A stretch of DNA of 64,000 bases, taken from positions 88,660,001 through 88,724,000 of the forward strand of contig OX597823.1 of NCBI GenBank assembly GCA_951406725.2, written 5' to 3'. A program made the position numbers and the translations under genes. The DNA comes from Octopus vulgaris. Lineage: Eukaryota. The notes beneath the pieces are model-generated. The model searched no databases. It saw only the letters and a list, made by a program, of their open reading frames with translations, and was not told the DNA's origin. Below are positions 54,797 to 64,000 of this stretch, piece after piece; position 1 is the first letter of the stretch; each line of letters opens with the position of its first letter.

Positions 54797-55728
54797 AAAG
54801 CAAATAAGTAACAAGGATTCCGGGTACTAGTACATTACGGCCGTTTCAGGCGGCTCCATTGAAACGATCAATGCAAGCATTCCATCCATTTGAATTACAC
54901 CGCCTTTCTCTGAGGCATAAGAACATATAGGCTTTTTAACACACAGAACACTCCATTATATTTTCTTTAGCAAATTTTTCACCAGAACTAGAGAATAAAA
55001 GAATTACATGACTGTTGCTTTTATTGTAGCAAAATGAACTTAGGGAGAAAATACCCAACTATAATTTGGAGTGGCCAAAGAGAATAACAATGGGGGTCAG
55101 GCGATGTTAATAAAGCTACGTTTATCTTTCTCCTTATCACAATCAAAAGATTTAATGCCGCTAGTATTCTAGGGCCACTAAAAATTAAAACCACTTTATA
55201 GACGTTTTGGGTATAATATACTGCAAAGCTAAACGAAATGAGATCACCCTGGCAGTTACGGGTGACTGAAGAGGCACATTTCATAGTCGTTGCGACATGT
55301 CAATGTCACGAAATTATCATCAGCAACTAGACTTAAATGTCAAATCCCAATGGTTTTAATTCTTAATAGATGTAAAATACCAGCTGCATTAGATCTTTTG
55401 ATTGTGATAAGGAGAAAGACAAATGTAGGTATATTACCATCTCTTGACCCTTATTGTTATTCTCTTCTGCCATTCCAAATTATATTTGGGGTATTTTCTC
55501 CCTAAGTTCTGCTACAATATTGTAAAAGGCATGTAATTCTTTTATTCTCTAGTTATAATGAAGAATTTGCTAAAAAAATTATAATGGTTTATCCTGTATG
55601 ATCTTATGCATGCGAGGAAGGCGGTGCATTTCAAATTAATGTAATGTTTACACTGATCGATTAAAAGCAGTCGCCTGAAACGGCCGTAATGCACTAATAC
55701 ATAGACATCCTTGTTACTTATTTGCTTT
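54797..55728. repeat. Long inverted repeat (arms 54797-55193 and 55351-55728) carrying hammerhead-like motifs
   Basis: e.g. TCTTTCTCCTTATCACAATCAAAAGAT / ATCTTTTGATTGTGATAAGGAGAAAGA; also seen as the paralogous ORFs 55021-55284 (minus) and 55290-55505 (plus). Confidence 0.92.
55607..55693 (+). ncRNA. Hammerhead-like motif with 58-nt stem II (core degenerate)
   Basis: TGCAT-GCGAGGA-AGGCGG...TCGCCT-GAAA-CGGCCG-TA-ATGCA; the mirror copy at 54831-54917 (minus) has CAGAGAA, and the two are consistent with an ancestral CTGAGGA. Confidence 0.55.
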
Positions 55729-56518
55729 TTATTCAACTTACTTCAAGCTGTGAGGATAATACCGGACTGACTTGGTGACTCATCCTAAGTACCTAATTCA
55801 ACTGAATCTTAATTATTTCTTGAGCGCGCGCGTATGTGTGTGTGTATGCAGTGGGGAAAAGTATGTGTGTGAGCATGTACGTATGTACTTATATATGTAT
55901 GTATACACGTGAATTTATAAAAATGTCTTCATATGTATCTATGAGGCAGGGAGTACATGAATGTGTGTGTGTGTGTGTACGTGAGTGTTTGCTAATATTT
56001 CTTTTCTTCTCATTACTGTGTACCCGGGAGAATATTCATCCCGGAAGGGAAATTCAGGACAGGAGTAGTAAAATATATTTTCGCTTGATAAACTCCTCAT
56101 CATAATTTGCACTGATTTTGAAAGACATCTTTCCTTTAAAGCTGATATTTAGGGATGCTTAAGCTTAAGCATAAGTCTGTTATGCAACAAACTGTTTCGT
56201 ATACAAGACTAGTCTTTTGTGTAACTAGATGTGGGCGGTGAAATTCGGATGTTGAACTTGTAACAGTGGGGAATTACAGAAATATGTTTAACAAATACTG
56301 GATTAATCCGCTTTTGTATGGAAGTAAAGTTCCCTGTGGAGGAAATATGTGTAAGTAGGGTGGGTAGGTCTATATTTAATAAGCACTCACGTGTTTGTCT
56401 TAAACATCCACCAGTAAGCAGTGCAAATAACCTTACGTGCAAGCGAGCATATATACACACACGTACACACGAGCACAGTCGAATATGAGCCTACATGGAA
56501 CATATGGATGTGTGCCTC

Positions 56519-56571
<53 letters not shown>

Positions 56572-57384
56572 GCTAACAGCAGAAGGGAGAGTGAGTACAG
56601 TGTGGAAGGCTTGTAATCTCCATTCAAAAACACACAAAAGCTGTTGTATATATATATATATATATATATATATACCCACAACACACACACAGACAACAAA
56701 GAGACACAGACCGACAGGGAAAAAGAAAAAGAGAAGAATAGTTCAATCCACAGGGTTTTCCATACAATCTGTAAATCCGAGGAAAATCGGATTAAATCAC
56801 AATTCACTTTTGAACACCGTGAAAACAACTTCATTCGGGTTTAATATCTTCAAATAAATTTTACGTTTAATTATAGTTCTTTACACACACATACACATTT
56901 ACGAGAGCCTCCGTGTTAAGTGTGTGAGAATGAGGAGGTGAGAGAAGGAGAGAGAGACTGGGAGGGATACCAGTTCATTAACGAATGTGACAATTGTCCT
57001 AATAGTTTGTAAATTTTACGAGGACTGTTATGTAAATGTCAACTCTCAGTGAAACGGAATACATCATCACAGCAATTGGCAATACGAATTAATATGTCTC
57101 TTCAGGCTACAAGCAAAAAGATGAGTTTTCTTAAATGATTGTTAGATGTATGATATTTGAAATGGCCATATAATTAGCTCTGGATTCGCCTACCTTTGTA
57201 CGGATAAAATGACTTTCCCTTAGAAAGGCAAACTATTATTACAAGTTGAAATTTTGAGGGAATTGAGGTTTATTATTATTGTCGTTGCAACCCGTTTCGA
57301 CTTTATGAGTCTTATATGATTCTCTTGAAAGTTCTTGGACGCATTGAGAATTTTTTATATGTATGATTAGGATCATTTCTTTCT

Positions 57385-57585
57385 CTTTTATATGTTTCAG
57401 TCATTTGACCGCGGCCATGCTGAAGCACCGCCTTTAGTCGAGCAAATCGACCCCAGGACAATCTTTATAAGCCTAGTACTTATTCTATCGGTCACTATTG
57501 CCGAACCGCTAATTGACGGGGACGTAAATACGCCAGCATCAGTTGTCAAGCGATGTTGTGGGGACAAACACAGACACACAAACAT

Positions 57586-57665
<80 letters not shown>

Positions 57666-57820
57666 GACGATCTTCTTTCAGTTTCCGTCTACCAGATCCA
57701 CTGACAAGACTTTGGTCGGCCCGAGGCTAGAGTAGAAAATACTTGCCCAAGGTGTCACGCAGTGGGACTGAACCCGGAACCATGTAGTTGGTAAGCAAGC
57801 TACTTACCACACAGCCACCT
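57385..57820 (-). mobile_element. SINE family B, near full length
   Basis: Matches 2910-3320. Confidence 0.85.
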
Positions 57821-58629
57821 GTTTTATATATCATTTATATATAATTTTATATATCGCTTTATATATTTTATATATCATTTATATATCATTTCACGTATCG
57901 TTGCGCCCCTAAATATTTTCATTTTACAAATGACATCTGTTACTTCTGAATTGTATTTTTAGTTGCGCATTCAAGATTTGCGTCCCTGATCAACATGCTT
58001 CTAAGTCACATAAAGGGAGGTATAATTTTCGGAGTTATCTCAGGAGCTTTATGATCTATCTGCTGCTTTCCAAGGCATAGCTGATAAAGAACAAATGTTT
58101 CATCAAGGTTTATAATGAAGCTCTATATGTTATATAATGATAAGATTTTATACATAAAAATTGAAAGAGATTTCTCGCTATGTTCTATAATACTGCTGTC
58201 ATCAGTAAACAAGTAGTCTCTTATCAGAGATAGAAAAGAGTGTGGTTTAGACTTAAGCCATTAAATATTAAATAGCTTAACAGTTATGAGGAATCGTAGA
58301 TGAATACAGTCAGAACTGTCTTTGACACGTTGCAAAAAATATTTTATTACACAGAAAATCAACGATTGAGTTGGGTATTCTTCACTAATAATTACACGTA
58401 GCCATATATCGTCGGAAAAGAATATGATAATATTTGTAAATCTTTCAAGACATCAAACATTTCTGTGAAAAGCCTTTGATGAATCAAGATTCAGTAATTC
58501 AATAAAGTAATGATGGAAGGCTTTGCTGAAAGTAGAAAATATGTCATATGTTTCTAGTTCAGCTGTCAACTTGACAATTACTCGGCAAGAAGTGATACTG
58601 CAACGGGTTAGGATGTGTCTATAATCCTT

Positions 58630-59028
58630 TAGTGTTTACTTGTTTCAGTCATAGGGTTCCAACAACGTTGGGACACCGTCTTGAACGGTTGAGTCGAACA
58701 AATCTACTCTAGTAGTTAGTTTTCAAATCTGATAATGACTCTATCGGTCTCTTTTGCCGAAACCATTGAGTTACGGTGGACGTTAAAAACCAAAGCCATC
58801 TGTCCTCCGGTAAGGCAGAAGCAAACACAATGAGACTCACATATACGCACATAAACATATACACTTACGCAGACATACACATATCTAAGACAGACTCCCA
58901 CATAGTTAATGTCTAAAAATTCACTCGAAAGATATTGGTCGGTCTTGGCTATAGTATATGAGATTTGGTCAACGTGCGTTTCGGTGGGACTGAATTGGAA
59001 ATCATGTGGTTGCAAAGTGATTTTCTTT
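58630..59028 (-). mobile_element. Old diverged SINE family B
   Basis: TTTACTTGTTTCAGTCAT tail, CTATCGGTCTCTTTTGCCGAA, GTGGGACTGAA motifs. Confidence 0.65.
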
Positions 59029-59040
59029 ATAGCAATGAAT

Positions 59041-59345
59041 GTAGAAGCACATGACCTAGTGGTTAGAGCAACGGACTCACGGTCGAGGGATTGGGGGTTC
59101 GAATCGGAGACTGGGCGATGTGTGTTTTTATGAGGGAAACACCTAAGCTCCACGCGGCTCCGCCAGAAGGTAATGGCGAACTTCTTCTGACTCTTTCACC
59201 ACAATTTTCTCTCACTTTTTACTCCTGCATCTAGTAGCTCAGCTGCAACGGACCGGCGTCCCGTCCAGGTGGGGAACCTATACGCCAATGAAACCGGGAA
59301 ACCCGCCCTTACAAGCCAGGCATGGCTCGAGACGGAAGAAACAAC
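59041..59345 (+). mobile_element. SINE family C-related element with TSD
   Basis: tRNA-like head ATGACCTAGTGGTTAGAGCAACGGACTCACGGTC...GGTTCGAATC; 12-bp TSD ATAGCAATGAAT / ATAGCCATGAAT. Confidence 0.82.
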
Positions 59346-59639
59346 ATAGCCATGAATAATTATGCCAAATGGCTTCGCTGAATCACGGGGAGAAATTCGA
59401 CGGTAACTAAAGCACATTTTCTTATCAGCTGAACATATGTGAGAGCAAGAAAAACCTCAGAAATATGAGTTTGAGGTAATTACAAAAGAAACCCAAAAAA
59501 GTTCCTGCAAAATTCCAGTAACGCTTAACTTCTATTATCACGGTTGAATTGCATCTCTGAAGATTCTTTGCTACAGAAATTGAAAATTAAATCTATACCG
59601 CACGTGGCAGGGCAATAGTCTCATTTAAAAATATTTGAA

Positions 59640-59865
59640 GTAGCTGTGTGGTAAGAAGCTTGCTTACGAACCACATGGTTCCGGGTTTAGTCCCACTGCG
59701 TGGCACATTGGGCAGGTGTCTTCTACTATAGGCTCGGGCCGACTAAAGCCTGGTGAGTGGACTTCGTAGACGGAAACTGAAAGAAACCTGTCGTATATAT
59801 GTATATGTGTGTGTGTGTGTTTGTGGTAAGCATACTACTTATCTCACAGCCACTCCTGCGCCTAT
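59640..59865. mobile_element. SINE family B 5' portion followed by an inverted head
   Basis: Forward GCTGTGTGGTAAGAAGCTTGC..., reverse ...CACAGCCACTCCTGCGCC. Confidence 0.8.
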
Positions 59866-60517
59866 GAAGTATAGTTTATTTTAGAAAGGATTACACAAAT
59901 AGAATTCTTTCCCAAATAAATTACACTTTGCATTCGAGGCTATGAGGTGCTATTCACGCACTCAACTATAAGTCCACTGCATTTCATAGGAGAAACAGTT
60001 GTAAGCTAATGATATTCATAAGATAATCCTTTTGTCATCTCTCTTTCTTGTACACACACACACACACAGAATTAAAAAAAATTATGTATTTATTTATTCA
60101 TAAGTATACACACACGTAATTATGCAAATATATGAATGATTGTGTACATCTCGAAATGGAGAGAGAGACAGACAGACTGACAGAGAGGGAGAGACACAGA
60201 GAGACAGGCAGACAGAGAAGTTGATCGTTTGTCTGTATTCGGAACCATAAGTATAGACTGACAGGTTGATACATAGTTGTATTGATCGATATAATTAATT
60301 ATCTATTTATCAATCAAGCTATCACGGTGTCGATATATATTTGGCTAATATACATCGTACATATTTATGTTACATTATTAATGATCTTATTTAGTTTGAC
60401 AGAGTAACTTTTCCGAAGCCAACTTATATGTGTCTTTGTACATATGCGTGTCTACGCATATAAGGTGGTTTATACGTCTGTATTTTCTCATATATAAATA
60501 TACATACATATATATAA

Positions 60518-60558
<41 letters not shown>

Positions 60559-60743
60559 ATGTATGTTTACATATGCATACGTGTAAGTGAGTATATACAA
60601 GTATATATGTATGAAAGTATTTAGGATATATTTCAAATGTATCCCTGTTCTGAATTCATACCGGTATCTGTCAATGTGACAGGATTCTTTCGGTATAAAC
60701 ACGACAGCTCTGGGGAAATAGGGATATGCGAATCAGTTAGCGG

Positions 60744-60785
<42 letters not shown>

Positions 60786-61169
60786 CTGTGCATATGTAGA
60801 TGAACTTGCTCTTGTGTAATGGGTTCACACACGAGTGTGTGTGTGTGTGTGAATTGTTACCTATTCGTTGTGATAGACATATAGAAATAGGTATTTGGGG
60901 AGAAAGAAGTAGATAGAGAAAGATAGTCTGAAATAGTGAGAGGAATACAGAGACAATTGCGAATGTTAAGGATGTATATCAATCTTTCAGTAAGCCTAAC
61001 TAGGACTTAGTCGTCCATTTCTTTTAGATTGACAACGTAAGTACTTCGAAACAGAAATCAAGTCCATTGCAATAAGCATTCCCCTCTGCAATGTAAGGAC
61101 GTGTGTGTATGAATGTATGTATGTATGTATGTATGTATGTATGTATGTATGTATGTATATATGTATGTA

Positions 61170-61334
61170 TAGGCGCAAGAGTGGCTGTGTGGTAAGAAGC
61201 TTGCTTCCCAACCACAAGGTTGCAGATTCAGTTCGACAGGTCATGGCACCTTGGCAAGTGCCTTCTACTATAGCCTCGGACCGACCAAAGCCTTGTGATT
61301 GAATTTGGTAGAAGGAAACTGAAAGAATCTCTTC

Positions 61335-61384
<50 letters not shown>

Positions 61385-61462
61385 TTTGATTTTGATTTTG
61401 ATTTTTCCAGTTTCAGCTAATGAGCTGTGGCCATGCTGGGGCACCGCCATTATGTATGTATG

Positions 61463-61504
<42 letters not shown>

Positions 61505-61513
61505 TGTGTGTGT

Positions 61514-61550
<37 letters not shown>

Positions 61551-61740
61551 TGTATTTGTGCCCCCAACATCGCTTGGTATGTTTACGTCCCCATTACTCA
61601 GGCGTTCAGAAAAAGAGACCGATAGAATAAGTACTAGGCATACAAAGAATAAGTCCTGGGTCGATTTGGGCGACTAAAGGCGCTGATCCAGCATGGCCAC
61701 AGTCAAATGACTGAAACAAGTAAAAGGTTAAAAGAAAGAA
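61170..61740 (+). mobile_element. SINE family B expanded by microsatellites and a small inverted tail fragment
   Basis: Head at 61170, tail ...GACTGAAACAAGTAAAAG at about 61725; inverted fragment TTTCAGCT..TGGCCATGCTGGGGCACCGCC at 61410-61450. Confidence 0.8.
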
Positions 61741-62559
61741 TATGTATATATATATATATATATATATACTCACACATATGTATATATGCATGTTTTTATA
61801 TTCACATAAATATATAATAATTTGTATACACATATTTGCATTGATATTTTTATACATAACAGTAAATGCAGATATATATATATATATATATATATGCATA
61901 CATATATGTGTGTGTGTGTGTGCATATATATATATATATATATACACATATATAAATTCATACACACACATATGTGCATATGTATATACATAAGCCTATA
62001 TACATGTATGTATGTATGTATGTATAAGAATATGTACGTATATATATATATATATATATACATACACATATATTCATACATATGTCTGTAATTATGTATT
62101 TGCTATATACATTTATATATATATGCGTGTGTGCGCATATCCGTTTATTCAGTTAGCTGCGTATTTCATGTGCGTATATGTGCGTGTATGTACATACACA
62201 TCTGTTGAGTTAGTTACATAATAAACGAGCGTATTTATAGAACTCCACATCAGAGCGTCATTTCCCTTCAGCTATTCCGTCTAGTGATACTAAGAGAACA
62301 CTCCCTAACCTCCCCCCCCCCCCTCAGCCTGAGATTGCTGTAGACATTTTAACACTCACTTCACCTGACTTTCACTGTTTCAATCAAAATAGTTATCTCT
62401 GCGTTTACTAAAACATTCCTTTCTCTCTTTTCATCATTTTATCATCCTCCTTTTATCATTACTCTGTCATTCAACAGACAAATACAGAGTCACCTCTCCC
62501 CCATTTCTCTCTCTCTTCCTTTCTATCTCTTGTCTTTCTTTCCTCACACACTTATGTCT

Positions 62560-63059
62560 CTGTATAATATATATAAATATATATATATTTATATATATAT
62601 ACATACATACAGACAAAGATATATGTACACACACATACACACACATATATATACATACACAGAGACATATAGATATATATATATATACATATACACACGC
62701 ATATATATACATGCATATATACACATGCATATATATATACATATAAATATATATATATATATACATATAAATATATATATATATATACATATAAATATAT
62801 ATATATATAAACATATAAATATATATATACATATAAATATATATATATACATATAAATATATATATATACATATAAATATATATATATATACATATAAAT
62901 ATATATATATAATATATAAATATATATATACATATAAATATATATATATTTATACATATAAATTTATATATATACATATAAATATATATATATATACATA
63001 TAAATATATATATATATGCATATAAATATATATATATACATATAAATATATATATATAC

Positions 63060-63097
<38 letters not shown>

Positions 63098-63106
63098 TAT
63101 ATATAC

Positions 63107-63137
<31 letters not shown>

Positions 63138-63194
63138 AATATATATAAGTAAATTTTCCATGTTAACGGTAAACAAAGGATAATTCATTCATCT

Positions 63195-63292
<98 letters not shown>
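62560..63292. repeat. (AT)n array with repeating ACATATAAAT unit, then (CA)n(AT)n
   Basis: Visible directly. Confidence 0.93.
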
Positions 63293-63897
63293 GTATGAAT
63301 GTAAGTATAAGCGTGTCTTTGTACTCACGAGTGGAGTAGATTATTTATATTTTATAAAAAACCGGTTGATTATCTTCTCTGTTTGCTACAAGGAGATTCA
63401 TTCACACAAATCTAGTTGTGCTCTCGATTACGAAACAATCAATTCATTAACCTTTATGATTATTATTGTGCATAAGCGGCTTTTCCACATTAGCTTCCCT
63501 GTCTTCACTGCCTTTCATACCGCAGATTCTGATCTAAGGAATATTGGCATAGCATTTTCTCTATATCCGAACCAATTCGTCGAAATTCTTACGTATCGTA
63601 ATGTCGGTTTTCTGGCAGAAGCCCTGAGGTATTGGAAGAATGTGTTTCGATACTTATTCCTCATTCAATCTACATTGTTCCTGTATATCTTTAGTGAATT
63701 TAGACAGCTTTTGACAGTCGCTTCAAAGTTTGAGTGAGTCTAATGTAAAATAGAAACAATGGTTGTCAAGAAACTGTTATTTCCAATTTTTGTTAATGGA
63801 GGCTATATTTATGGAAAGCAGTGCAGTGTATTTCAAATGAGTATTTCTTAGGTCGCTTCAACTTTATTATATAATAAAGCAGGAAGACAAAACAACA

Positions 63898-64000
63898 AAC
63901 TGGCAGAATTGTTAGCACTTCGAAGAAAAATGCTTAGCGGCCTTTTCTTCTGACTTTTTTCATTCTAAGTTCAAATTCTGTCGATGTCAGCTCTGCTTTT
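63898..64000 (+). mobile_element. SINE family A head, diverged and cut by the window end
   Basis: CTGGCAGAATTGTTAGCAC...AAATGCTTAGCGG...GTTCAAATTC. Confidence 0.65.

Noticed and set aside
55021-55505. Two similar ORFs on opposite strands suggesting a gene pair
   Set aside because: They are the two arms of the inverted repeat; no coding evidence.
62740-63145. Regular repeat-and-spacer pattern resembling a CRISPR array
   Set aside because: Spacers are only (AT)n, the DNA is eukaryotic and there are no cas genes.
63366-63737. 123-aa ORF and an ATGAGGA...GAAAC motif on the minus strand
   Set aside because: No recognisable domain or splice support; the motif lacks a C3 core base and proper stems.

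Overview
AT-rich, repeat-dense eukaryotic DNA. The SINE families and the dense (AT)n, (TATG)n and (GATA)n microsatellites suggest a cephalopod, probably Octopus (inference). Most ORFs in the track are microsatellite or SINE artefacts. The only plausible host coding sequence is one minus-strand exon at 47303-47569 that ends in a good GT donor, so most of the window may be one very large intron. Recognisable elements are three tRNA-headed SINE families, decayed mariner, Tc1 and maT transposons, two Helitrons with the same 3' end but different 5' ends, a Merlin-like MITE, a hAT-like MITE and a HERO-type non-LTR fragment. The standout pattern is a set of elements unrelated in sequence that each carry a type I hammerhead ribozyme (HHR) motif with a different palindromic stem III (ACGT, ACTCGAGT, ACATATGT, ACTTCGAAGT, ACAATTGT, ACGGCCGT). 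Four of them have unusually long stem II inserts (about 58-77 nt) and sit in both arms of long inverted repeats. These look like Penelope-like pLTR or retrozyme relics, and they would form long dsRNA if transcribed. All calls were made by eye, without database searches or folding software.
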